From NCBI GenBank assembly GCA_964407425.1, contig CAYOVN010000001.1:2381-66380 (forward strand): a stretch of 64,000 nt of DNA, given 5' to 3'. Below the pieces are notes generated by a model. It ran no database searches. It worked only from the letters and a program-made list of their open reading frames with translations, and had not been told where the DNA came from. Below are positions 54,234-63,300 of this stretch, one piece after another; the first letter of the stretch is position 1; every line of letters starts with the position of its first letter. This DNA comes from an uncultured Gemmatimonadaceae bacterium. Lineage in GTDB: Bacteria > Gemmatimonadota > Gemmatimonadetes > Longimicrobiales > Gaopeijiaceae. Made by a program: the position numbers and the translations under genes.

Positions 54234-57200
54234 CTAGTGCTCCCCGGGATCGACCTCATGGAAGGTGACCTTCTTCAGGTAGGTCACCGCAGGTTGCGTG
54301 TTGATAAGGGCGTCCAGCACCCGATAGCCCCGCTCGTTCTGGGTCATCTGGGCCACTCTGGAGTGGGTGTCCCGGACGTCCCCGAATGTGATGGCCTGGG
54401 CCGGGCAGCTCTGCTGGCATGCCGGCACGACCTCACCATCCTCTACGGGGCGCTGCCCTTCCACCCTTGCCCGGTTTTGGGCTTCCCTAATTCGATGAAC
54501 GCAGAAGGAACACTTCTCCATCACCCCGCTGCTTCGAACCGTGACATCGGGGTTGAAGGACCAGTTCATCGGCTCTGGAACGTCCGTGAATCCGAACCAG
54601 TTGAAGACCCGAACTTTGTACGGACAGTTATTGGCGCAGTACCGGGTGCCGACGCATCGGTTGTAGACCTGGGCGTTGAGTCCTTCCGGCGTGTGGTATG
54701 CGGCATACACCGGGCAAACCGACTCGCAGGGCGCGTTCCCACAATGCTGACAGATCATGGGAAGGAACCGGACGTCCACCGGACCCGCGTGACTTGCATC
54801 GAGGGTCTCGTAATACCGCTCCATTCGGATCCAGTGCATGTCGCGGCCCATCACCACCTGTTCTTCGCCCACCCACGGAACGTTGTTTTCCGACTGGCAG
54901 GCGGTGACACAGATGCTGCATCCCGTACACTTGTCCAGGTCGATGGACATGGCCCATCGCGGGTTCTCGTCCGGATCGTATTGGCCGTACCGGCTCCCCT
55001 CCAACGGGAAGTCCTCGGGTTTTCCGTCCACCGCCACCGGAGCAAAGCCTCCCATGGCCTGGAGTTCCTTCAACTGCCCGTGGCCGCCATCATCATGCTC
55101 GTCTTCTTCATGCCCCTGGTCGGCATGGCCGAGGGCCGAAAGGGCAATGGCCGGAGCGATGGGCCGGCCGTGCTGGTCCGAGGACCCTTCGATGGTGGCC
55201 ATGGGCCGACGCTCACCGGTGGGTTCGAGGCTCACCCGGGTGGCCAGATAGACCAAGGCTCCGGAAGGCTGTTCCGCCTCTGCCGGGAGGAGGGTCATGG
55301 CGTTCACGCCCATGCCCTGAGCAAACCGGCCCAAGCTCTCATGGCCGCCGCCCATCGCCAGGCCTACGCAGTCTTCTCGGATGCCCGGATACGTCCAGAC
55401 CGGAGCCTCCACCTCGCCGTGAGGAGAGCTGACCCGGACCACGTCCCCGTCCCTGACGCCCAGGGTCTCGGCTGCGTTTGGATGAACCTCAACCCATGAA
55501 TGCCAGGCCATCTTGCTCACCGGATCCGGTAGTTCCTGCAACCAGGGGCGATCCGCGTGTTTTCCATCCCCGAAGCGTGGTGAGGGATAGACCACCAATG
55601 CGAACTCCCCTGATCCATCCAGATCAGGCACATCAAAGCTCAGGATGGCATCAGGGGACCGGAGAGGAACCGGAACTTCATCCCCGCCCTCCGATACCGA
55701 CACGACACCGTCCCGCAGGGCCTGTCGCCAGAAATCCTCGAAATCTCGCCCCGGAGCGACCACCGGTTGCTTGCCCTGCCATTCATTCCGCAGATAGTCC
55801 GAGAAGGTGGCAGCACCTAGATCCGTGCCCAACCGCTGAGAGACGGAAAGCAGCACGTCGCCCAACGGCTTGGAATCGAAAAGGGGTACGGGCTGCATTG
55901 CCGGCTGCTGAAGAGCGTAAAGGCCGGGGCGGGGATTCGAATCTCCCCATGCTTCCAGGTAGTGCCGGTCGGGAAGAACCAGGTCACAGAGCTCCCCGGT
56001 CTCGTCCATGGAAGAGGCGAACGAAACCTTGAAGCCAGCCGAGGAGAAGGCCTCTGCGAAATCGGATCCAGGGGGTAAAGAGTAGGCTGGGTTCGTTCCA
56101 TGGACCATCACCACCCCGGACCCAGACATGGCCGACATGGCCGAAGCCATCTCGCCGAAGGGATCGGAAGGGGATGCCTGGTCCCTGTCTCGGAGCCGAA
56201 CGGTTTCTCCGACGTTCCCAGCCACATAGTTAAGGATATGTACCGCTAAATTTGCCGCAGTGGCTCCTCGATGGTGCCCGGAGATGCCAGGCCCGACCGC
56301 TAGACTGGGTCGACTATCCCTGAACTCCCGGGCGAGTCTCTCGATCTCTTCGACCGGGACTCCTGACGCCTCCTGGGCGCTCTGGGGATCGTACCCCTCC
56401 AGAAGTCTCTGGTAGTAGGGCCCTGCGTTTCCGCCCTCTGCGACGATGACATGGGCCATGGCCAAAGCCACAACGGCTTCGGATCCGGCTTTTAACGGTA
56501 CCCAGTGATCGGCGTTCTGGCCGGTGAGAGACAGACGAGGAGCCAGGAACACCATCCGGCCCTTCGACCCATGATCGTCCACACCGGCCATCTGGGAATA
56601 CCCCCGTTGGTATTCCACCGGTGACAGCCAGGTCTCCAGGAAGTCGGCCCCGAAGGAGAACACGAGCCGGGCCTGCGCGAAGTCGTAGGTGGGCAGGCTG
56701 CTCCGCCCGAAAGCGATCCGGGTGGCTTCCCGGAGGGGAGCTTCGGAGAGGCCCTCGAACTCCCGCCGGACTCCACCTGCTGCGGCGAGAAAATTGTCCA
56801 CTAGATCGGTCAGTGACGGCCCCATCTTCCCCGTGAGGAAGATGTTGTTCTGGCTTCCCCTGAGGCGCTCAGCCAGAAGCTCCTCGGCCTCGTCCCAACC
56901 GATAGCGCTGAAGCCATCGGAACCCCGAAGCATGGGGGAGGTGAGACGGTCGGGATTGTACAGTCCCTGAACCGAGGAGTACCCACGGGAACAGAGGGCG
57001 CCGCCGGAGATAGGATGTTCCGGATTCCCCTCTACCTTTACCACCCGGCCTTCCCGGGTCCGCACCCAGACACCACACCCCGCCGGACACTCGCCGCAAA
57101 CCGAGGCATACCAGGTGGCGACGCCGGGAGTGATATCCTCATCTGGAACCACGAAGGGAAGGAGCTTTTCTACCCGCTCGGTCGTGCAACCGAATACGGA

Positions 57201-57263
57201 AGCTCCAGCTCCCCCGGCCCCAATCACCTTTAGGAAATCCCGCCGCTTAATTCCGTCGGTCAT
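54234..57263 (-). CDS. actB: Alternative complex III subunit ActB (molybdopterin-oxidoreductase-like domain fused to a 4Fe-4S ferredoxin domain)
   Basis: Tat signal KRRDFLKVIGAGG. MopB-like N-terminal part with a CGECPAGCG cluster. C-terminal part has CTGCSICVTACQSEN, CQHCGNAPCESVCP and CVGTRYCANNCP. Confidence 0.9.
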   Translation of the reverse strand: MTDGIKRRDFLKVIGAGGAGASVFGCTTERVEKLLPFVVPDEDITPGVATWYASVCGECPAGCGVWVRTREGRVVKVEGNPEHPISGGALCSRGYSSVQGLYNPDRLTSPMLRGSDGFSAIGWDEAEELLAERLRGSQNNIFLTGKMGPSLTDLVDNFLAAAGGVRREFEGLSEAPLREATRIAFGRSSLPTYDFAQARLVFSFGADFLETWLSPVEYQRGYSQMAGVDDHGSKGRMVFLAPRLSLTGQNADHWVPLKAGSEAVVALAMAHVIVAEGGNAGPYYQRLLEGYDPQSAQEASGVPVEEIERLAREFRDSRPSLAVGPGISGHHRGATAANLAVHILNYVAGNVGETVRLRDRDQASPSDPFGEMASAMSAMSGSGVVMVHGTNPAYSLPPGSDFAEAFSSAGFKVSFASSMDETGELCDLVLPDRHYLEAWGDSNPRPGLYALQQPAMQPVPLFDSKPLGDVLLSVSQRLGTDLGAATFSDYLRNEWQGKQPVVAPGRDFEDFWRQALRDGVVSVSEGGDEVPVPLRSPDAILSFDVPDLDGSGEFALVVYPSPRFGDGKHADRPWLQELPDPVSKMAWHSWVEVHPNAAETLGVRDGDVVRVSSPHGEVEAPVWTYPGIREDCVGLAMGGGHESLGRFAQGMGVNAMTLLPAEAEQPSGALVYLATRVSLEPTGERRPMATIEGSSDQHGRPIAPAIALSALGHADQGHEEDEHDDGGHGQLKELQAMGGFAPVAVDGKPEDFPLEGSRYGQYDPDENPRWAMSIDLDKCTGCSICVTACQSENNVPWVGEEQVVMGRDMHWIRMERYYETLDASHAGPVDVRFLPMICQHCGNAPCESVCPVYAAYHTPEGLNAQVYNRCVGTRYCANNCPYKVRVFNWFGFTDVPEPMNWSFNPDVTVRSSGVMEKCSFCVHRIREAQNRARVEGQRPVEDGEVVPACQQSCPAQAITFGDVRDTHSRVAQMTQNERGYRVLDALINTQPAVTYLKKVTFHEVDPGEH

Positions 57264-57298
57264 GAACTCAAACCTTCATTTGGCAGGGTTGGAAGAGA

Positions 57299-57844
57299 TC
57301 AGTAATGGCATACAGTGCAATCGACAGAGGCATCGCTTTCCGGTTTCCGGTGGCATTCCACGCACCAACCCATCTTCAGGGGCTGCTCCACCTCTTCGAT
57401 GAACTCAATCTCCTCCACCACCCCGTGACATTCCTGGCACTCCAGAGCCCCGGCATCCTTATCGACATGCCGCATGTGCGGGAACTTCACGTGGTCCGGA
57501 ACCTTGTAGATCCGGACCCACGGAATGGGCTCACCCCGGGCCCAGAAGTCCCGAAGTTTCTGAACCTCCTCCGGGGTGTTCCTTCCCGGGACGATGAGGT
57601 GACAGCCCATGCAGGAAGACACCGAAGGAATTCCAGCAGCCACCGACCGCTCTGCCGAGAAATGACAATACTGACAGTCGATCGTGAAATCACCCGCATG
57701 GGTGTCATGGGGAAAAGCGATAGGATGGACCGACGTCGCAGCCACTGCAGGGGGAGTCGATTCTCCCTCCTGGGACTGTACGAAGGCCAAGGTTGCGAAA
57801 GCCGTCACAACAGTAACGGCCACGAGTAACCACGGCTTCTTCAT
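57299..57844 (-). CDS. actA: Alternative complex III subunit ActA (pentaheme cytochrome c)
   Basis: N-terminal TM/signal segment and five CxxCH motifs: CQYCH, CMGCH, CQECH, CVECH, CTVCH. Confidence 0.85.
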   Translation of the reverse strand: MKKPWLLVAVTVVTAFATLAFVQSQEGESTPPAVAATSVHPIAFPHDTHAGDFTIDCQYCHFSAERSVAAGIPSVSSCMGCHLIVPGRNTPEEVQKLRDFWARGEPIPWVRIYKVPDHVKFPHMRHVDKDAGALECQECHGVVEEIEFIEEVEQPLKMGWCVECHRKPESDASVDCTVCHY

Positions 57845-58062
57845 AGGCTTTGATTGCCTGAAAAGACCAGCAAAAGAACGGCCATTGCCAAAACTATTCA
57901 GCCGAGAAACGGTAGGAGAAGCTAGAGAGGCCCCTGGGGGGTGTCAACGGCGGCGAGGGGGCGAGAAACCTTTGCCGAAGCCGCGATGTTATGCATCTTC
58001 GAAACATAGGACACTGCATCTCAGCCCCCCGCCTTTATTCCTCGTCAGAATGCCGGAGAACC

Positions 58063-58344
58063 ATGCCCGATACAGCGGTAACCCCCGGAACCCGCATCTT
58101 TCTCAGACTTCGCGACTCCAGCAAAAGGGCTGGTATTCCTGCGGCGGCCCTCCACTCCCCACTCTCACTCACCCGTCACCTCGAGGCGATAAGGCACCCG
58201 GCGGCCCCGGCGGCGAAGAAGGTGGTTGAGGAGTATGTTCGGGCCCGCTTTTCGGAGCTTCCCATGCGGGAGGACCAAGATAAAGAAATGGTCGATGCCT
58301 TGAGGGCAGCGAGTTTGATGTTGCGAAAAAACCCCTTGAGATGA
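58063..58344 (+). CDS. Hypothetical small protein (93 aa)
   Basis: GGAG lies 5 nt upstream of the ATG at 58063. The C-terminal half has GC3-biased codons (AAKKVVEEYVRARFSELPMREDQDKEMVDALRAASLMLRK). No family recognised. Confidence 0.35.
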   Translation: MPDTAVTPGTRIFLRLRDSSKRAGIPAAALHSPLSLTRHLEAIRHPAAPAAKKVVEEYVRARFSELPMREDQDKEMVDALRAASLMLRKNPLR

Positions 58345-58399
58345 AGAAAACAAAAGAAAGTGATTGAGAACCTGAGCAAGGTCTTATACTCTTACTCCG

Positions 58400-58696
58400 A
58401 TGAATGCCTCGTCGAACAAACAGTCTCCGCCCCCTCCCTCTGAGGGGCACCACCTCGCGACCATCAGCCATGAGGGTCGTTTCTGGGACGTGTACCTGGA
58501 ATTCGAGGACGATCCCAGGCGCCCGGACACTTTCCGGGCCCTTCTCTGTTACTTCCCTGGAGATCCGGGAGATGACGAGGAAGCCGTCCGGACTACGGTG
58601 ATCATCATCGAGGACTCGTTCGAAGAGTCTATGTCGAAGGCCCGTGGCTTGGAGGATGTCCAGCTTCAAGCCCTCCTTCGCTCCGCCCTTCCCTGA
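58400..58696 (+). CDS. Hypothetical small acidic protein (98 aa)
   Basis: Strong GC3 codon bias throughout. No family recognised. The competing antisense ORF 58169-58669 has poorer codon bias. Confidence 0.5.
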   Translation: MNASSNKQSPPPPSEGHHLATISHEGRFWDVYLEFEDDPRRPDTFRALLCYFPGDPGDDEEAVRTTVIIIEDSFEESMSKARGLEDVQLQALLRSALP

Positions 58697-58738
58697 CCTC
58701 CCCCTCGGGTGGTTCCCTCTAGTTTCGGGAAGGCCCGT

Positions 58739-59989
58739 TCAGGCCTCCCGCACCCAACGCCAGAGTTCCGGGAACGTCGGCCGTTTGCCTTGCATGAGGA
58801 TCCCCACCCGGTAAATCCGACCCGCCACCCAGGCGGCACCCCACACTCCCAGGTAAAGAAAAGTCAGAGACGCCCCGATCTGCCACGCGGGAATCTGCCC
58901 GGCACCAACTCGGGCATAGAGGAGGACCGGGCTGAAAAAGGGAATCATGGACATGACCGCTGCCCAGGTGGAATGAGGATCGTCCATAGTGGGCATGAGA
59001 AGAAGGATCGGGGCGACCAAAAGGAAGATCACGGGAAACTGTGCCTGTTGCGCCTCCTCCTCTGTTGAGCACATGGCCCCCACCGCAGCATACAGGGCGG
59101 CGTAAAGGAAGAACCCGCCAAGAAAGAGCGCGAGAAAGAGCCCAACCATCCCCATACTCGGCAGCCCCTGAGCGATGGCCTCCGAGTTCGCCAGATCCGG
59201 GCGGGCCGCGGCCAAGGCTGGCACCCCTAAAAGAAACGCCAGTGCCCCGCAGAGGATCCACACCGCGAGCTGGGTCAGTCCCACTGAACCCACGCCAATG
59301 ATCTTGCCAAGCATCAGTTCCCATGGTCGCACCGAGGAGATGAGAATCTCCACGATTCGGCCGGTCTTTTCCTCTAACGCAGACCGCATGACAGCCGCGG
59401 CATACATCAGTACGACCATGTAGAGGAGCATGGCCCCCGCGAATACCCCTATGAACTCGGGATCATCTTCAGACGTGCCGGAATCGTTCCCCGCCAGGAT
59501 CTGGAGATCCATGCTACCGCCACCAAAAAGGGCTCCCACATCCACATCGGCACCCGCCTCGGCCAGACGGGCCTCCAGGACCGACTGCACCACTACCCCC
59601 CGCATGGTCATCCCCCTGACTGCGCCGGGGCCCTCGGCTCCGTAGAAGGTGCTGTGGCCCCGGACCAAAGCTTCTTCGTCCAGAACCATGAACCCACCCA
59701 AATTCCCCTCCAGCGTCTGGGCTCGGAGGGAGTCCTCGGATCCCGGCGCCGCCAGCTCCACGGTGAACCCTGCATCTTCCAGCCCGGATTCGACCCGGGC
59801 CGCCAGGACCCCGGTCTCATCGACCAGAGCAATATTCCGCCTGGCTTCCTCCCTCCCGGTCTCCCAGAGAATCGGAACCACCGTGAGGCCGAGAAAAAAG
59901 ATGGGGGCCGCAAAGGTGGATACCAGAAACCACTTGGACTTCACGCGCTGGAGGTATTCCCGCCTGACTATTGCCTTGAGCGTCCTCAT
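58739..59989 (-). CDS. ABC-2 type transporter permease (NatB-like)
   Basis: N-terminal TM segment, a large extracytoplasmic loop, then five or six C-terminal TM segments. Overlaps the upstream ATPase gene by 4 nt. Confidence 0.7.
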   Translation of the reverse strand: MRTLKAIVRREYLQRVKSKWFLVSTFAAPIFFLGLTVVPILWETGREEARRNIALVDETGVLAARVESGLEDAGFTVELAAPGSEDSLRAQTLEGNLGGFMVLDEEALVRGHSTFYGAEGPGAVRGMTMRGVVVQSVLEARLAEAGADVDVGALFGGGSMDLQILAGNDSGTSEDDPEFIGVFAGAMLLYMVVLMYAAAVMRSALEEKTGRIVEILISSVRPWELMLGKIIGVGSVGLTQLAVWILCGALAFLLGVPALAAARPDLANSEAIAQGLPSMGMVGLFLALFLGGFFLYAALYAAVGAMCSTEEEAQQAQFPVIFLLVAPILLLMPTMDDPHSTWAAVMSMIPFFSPVLLYARVGAGQIPAWQIGASLTFLYLGVWGAAWVAGRIYRVGILMQGKRPTFPELWRWVREA

Positions 59990-60909
59990 TCGACCACCTC
60001 CCCGGCGTGCCGGACAAAGATCTCATGAAGCCTGGGCTCGACCAGTTCGAAACGATCGATTCTCGCCCCCGCAGCGACTCCACGCCGAAGGACATCCTGG
60101 TGGTCGGCCCCCTCGTGGAGCAGCAGGTGAACACAGTCCTCCCCTTCCAGGATCTCCCTCACCTCAGGCCCCCTCAGCCACCGATCATCTCCATGGAACT
60201 CCACCGCAACGAGCCCCTTTCGCTCGCTCCGCTTCAGCTCCTTGAGCCCCGAATCGAGAACCTTCTCGGCTTTCGAAATCAGGCACACCCGCTCGCATAG
60301 CCGCTCGGCATGATCCATGAGATGGGTGGAAAAGAGGATCGTGGTGCCCTTCGCCTGGAACTCCAGCACGATGCCTTCCAGAACCTCCTGGTTGATGGGA
60401 TCCAGCCCGCTGAAGGGCTCGTCCAGGATCAGGAGGTCGGGTTCGTGCAGCACCGTACCGATGAACTGAACCTTCTGCTGCATCCCCTTGGACAGGTCCC
60501 GGGTTCTCTTCTCCGCCCACTCCCCGAGATCCAGTCGATCGAGCCAGGCGGTCGACCTCCTGCGGGCCTCTCCCCGATCCAATCCTCTTATCTCACCCAG
60601 AAAAACCAGAAGGTCCAGAACCTTCATTTTTTGGTAGACGCCCCGCTCTTCGGGAAGGTACCCCACCCGGGCGTTCACCTCGACACCTGGTGGGTTCCCG
60701 AACAGCTTCACCTCCCCTTCATCGGGCATGAGGATCCCCATCATCATCCGGATGGTGGTGGTTTTCCCCGACCCATTGGGGCCGAGAAGCCCGTAGATGG
60801 TTCCCTGGGGAATCTCCAGATCCAGGGAAGAAACCGCAGTGTGGGTTCCGAAGCGTTTCGTCACACCCCGGAGCCTGATTGGCGCCCCGTCAAATCCGGA
60901 ACCCGACAT
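59986..60909 (-). CDS. ABC transporter ATP-binding protein (NatA/ABC-2 subfamily)
   Basis: GLLGPNGSGKTT, LSKGMQQKVQF, LLILDEPFSGLD, STHLM. Confidence 0.9.
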   Translation of the reverse strand: MSGSGFDGAPIRLRGVTKRFGTHTAVSSLDLEIPQGTIYGLLGPNGSGKTTTIRMMMGILMPDEGEVKLFGNPPGVEVNARVGYLPEERGVYQKMKVLDLLVFLGEIRGLDRGEARRRSTAWLDRLDLGEWAEKRTRDLSKGMQQKVQFIGTVLHEPDLLILDEPFSGLDPINQEVLEGIVLEFQAKGTTILFSTHLMDHAERLCERVCLISKAEKVLDSGLKELKRSERKGLVAVEFHGDDRWLRGPEVREILEGEDCVHLLLHEGADHQDVLRRGVAAGARIDRFELVEPRLHEIFVRHAGEVVE

Positions 60910-61154
60910 CGAGCCTCCCTGTTGCTTGTTGATCCGAGGTCCCCATCAGAGCAAGTCTCGGAACCCATTCGTATGGGGTTGGTCGAGGATTTGGGGGATC
61001 CGACTTAGCCGGACAGTCCCCTATCTGACGGGCCTTCTCAAGGGCAGTCAAGCCCCCCGACGAGGTAGTCGAGCCCACTCAACTAGTGCGGGGCCCCTGC
61101 TGAGAGCTTAGATTGGGGTCTTCTCTTGAACATTTGGAATTGCGGGGGGGCTGC

Positions 61155-61346
61155 ATGGCCATTTTCCGGACCTTGTACTACGGCGATGTGACAATTGGAG
61201 TGGGTGGACGAATCACCATTCCCCAGGAGATCCGAGACGACCTTCGGATCGAGGAGGGGGATGTGTTGACTGTCAGAGTGGAAGAGGCGCCAAGCAATAC
61301 TCGGCAGATGGTCATCTGGCGGGCGGACCCCCAACCTGAAGATTAG
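61155..61346 (+). CDS. AbrB/MazE/SpoVT-family DNA-binding protein (63 aa)
   Basis: GGRITIPQEIRDDLRIEEGDVLTVRVEE is the swapped-hairpin SpoVT-AbrB motif. The start was chosen at the ATG at 61155. Confidence 0.75.
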   Translation: MAIFRTLYYGDVTIGVGGRITIPQEIRDDLRIEEGDVLTVRVEEAPSNTRQMVIWRADPQPED

Positions 61347-61388
61347 TCTTCCCAGGAAGACTGACCCTACCGAGACACTGGGGGAACC

Positions 61389-61898
61389 ATGCCAGCCATC
61401 GTAAGGGTAATCGACGGTGATATCTCCACGTTCGATGGAGACGCGGTCGTAAACGCCGCAAACAACCATCTGCGTTTGGGTACGGGCGTCGCCGGAGCCA
61501 TCGCCCAAAGGGGTGGTGGCGAAATTCAGGAAGAATGTCACGAGATTGTCCGGAAGGATGGCCCCTTGGAGGTTGGCGGCGCGGCCATCACCGGAGCGGG
61601 GAACCTCAAAGCCCGCTACGTCATCCACGCCGCAGCTATGGGTGATCTCCCTGTAACCCCCGAATCCATCCGAAACGCTACTCGCAGCGCCCTAGAACTC
61701 GCCGAGAGCCATGGAATCAAATCCCTGGCGTTTCCGGTTCTTGGCACGGGTGTGGGCGGGTTTCCATTCAGCGAAGCGGCCCGGATCATGGTGGAAGAGG
61801 TAAGGGATTTCCTTCAGGGCGGCGCCGACCTGGATCTTGTCGCGTTCTACGGGTTCACACCGGACCAGGCCTCGACCCTCCGCCGCTACCTCAGCTAG
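61389..61898 (+). CDS. Macro domain protein (ADP-ribose / O-acetyl-ADP-ribose hydrolase family)
   Basis: GDISTFDGDAVVNAANNHLRLGTGVAGAI and FPVLGTGVGGFP are the macrodomain diphosphate-binding loops. 169 aa. Confidence 0.9.
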   Translation: MPAIVRVIDGDISTFDGDAVVNAANNHLRLGTGVAGAIAQRGGGEIQEECHEIVRKDGPLEVGGAAITGAGNLKARYVIHAAAMGDLPVTPESIRNATRSALELAESHGIKSLAFPVLGTGVGGFPFSEAARIMVEEVRDFLQGGADLDLVAFYGFTPDQASTLRRYLS

Positions 61899-63300
61899 AA
61901 CCCTCCAGATCCGTCCACCGCACCAGGTCCAGGAGTGGGCCTGACCCATCGTGGTGCCACCAGGGCGGCGGCCAGGGTACCTGGGCCAGAGGAACGATCC
62001 TGCTGACCCCGAGACGGGCCAATTCCTCAGCCAACTCTCCCTTCTCCACACCGAAGCCCGCCAGACCCACGGTTTGAAGGAAAGGGCTCCATTCTCTCAG
62101 CGCATCGAGGGCGGATTCAAAACCCTCCACCGGGAAGACCCGGACGGTCCGGTTCAGGCAGGAGGGCTCCAACGGGCCCTCAGCCTGGACGGTGACGGTC
62201 CATGGAGCCCGATCCTCTCCATGAAAGACGACCCCCGAGCCTAATCCCTCGGCCAGCTCCGCCGACCCCCGTAGTTGCTGAACAGCCACCGCTTCCTCCG
62301 GGGTGATATCCCCGGAAGGCAACTCCGTTTCCAGATCCGAGAGCGCCCTGGACAGAAGCTCCGCCCAGGCCTCCGGCCCCACCTGACCACCCCGCTCCAC
62401 AAAAAAGACATGGGGAGAGACACAACCCCTCTGGTCGAAAAGGGCCACCGCCCGAGCAGCTTCCTGGGCCACATAAGAGGCCTCCTCTCCTCCCAAGGCC
62501 CCCCGCCCAATCAGGACCGCCCCCAGACGGTGCCGGTATGCCCTCAAGATCGTCCTGGCCGGAAGATGCGCCCTGACCCATCGGATGGTCTCATCGCTAC
62601 CATAAGCCGTCACGAGGTCGGCTTCATTCAGGGCCATCTCGGTTCGAAACCCCTCTCCGGAAGGCCAATAGGTCACGGCAATGGAGCTGGCGAGTTCCGG
62701 GTCCTCTTCCTCCAACGCACCGGCAAACACCACCGGAAGGGACAGATCACCCAAGCCGGGCTTCAGGAGGACGGCTGATTTCACGAGGAGGGCCCTGACC
62801 ATGGAAGTCGTGGAGACCCCCGGGACCGTCCCGGCACCCAGATGGAGGGTGAGTGGGTAGCCGAGGGCCCGGCCCCTTTGTCCAGTCGCCCCCGGAACGA
62901 ATCCGTCCAAAACTTCCGGGTCCCGGAACTCCGAGTCCAGAAGGCCGTTTAGACTGGAATCCGTCCACAGGCGGGCCATCCCGTCCAGAACGGCCGCCGC
63001 CATGGGGGGGGAGTATCCAGCGTGGGGAGCCATGGCCCGTAGAGCGAGGCCCCGGAGTCCGTCCCCCGGATCCAGAAGCCTCCCGGCCACTTTCCCCACG
63101 GCCTTTACCACACGGTCCACGGGGAAGTCGGCGAGGCCCGCATCCCGGGCCCTCCGGAGGAGCGCCATCAGTTCGTCCGTTCTTTCCCTGCTGAGAACGG
63201 GATAAACGAACTCCCTTCCGGCCTCCCCGGAGACCACGGAGACTTCCTCCTCTGCCAGGTTGAAACCCCGGGGCAGGTGCCAGGCTCGGAAAGGGATCAC
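61891..63300 (-). CDS. LuxC-like acyl-CoA reductase (ALDH-superfamily fold)
   Basis: The size (469 aa), the candidate catalytic Cys context FDQRGCVSPHVFFV, and the 4-nt overlap with an upstream LuxE-like gene fit the LuxC/LuxE pairing. Confidence 0.6.
   Translation of the reverse strand: MIPFRAWHLPRGFNLAEEEVSVVSGEAGREFVYPVLSRERTDELMALLRRARDAGLADFPVDRVVKAVGKVAGRLLDPGDGLRGLALRAMAPHAGYSPPMAAAVLDGMARLWTDSSLNGLLDSEFRDPEVLDGFVPGATGQRGRALGYPLTLHLGAGTVPGVSTTSMVRALLVKSAVLLKPGLGDLSLPVVFAGALEEEDPELASSIAVTYWPSGEGFRTEMALNEADLVTAYGSDETIRWVRAHLPARTILRAYRHRLGAVLIGRGALGGEEASYVAQEAARAVALFDQRGCVSPHVFFVERGGQVGPEAWAELLSRALSDLETELPSGDITPEEAVAVQQLRGSAELAEGLGSGVVFHGEDRAPWTVTVQAEGPLEPSCLNRTVRVFPVEGFESALDALREWSPFLQTVGLAGFGVEKGELAEELARLGVSRIVPLAQVPWPPPWWHHDGSGPLLDLVRWTDLEGSS

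Noticed and set aside
55931-55948. tRNA T-arm-like sequence GGGGATTCGAATCTCCCC
   Set aside because: It lies inside the well-supported actB coding region. The loop is 8 nt instead of 7, and no acceptor, D or anticodon arms can be drawn around it.
61389-61898. The macrodomain gene as the DarG antitoxin of a DarTG system
   Set aside because: There is no DarT (DUF4433)-like gene adjacent, and the protein consists of a macrodomain only, without the DarG C-terminal domain.
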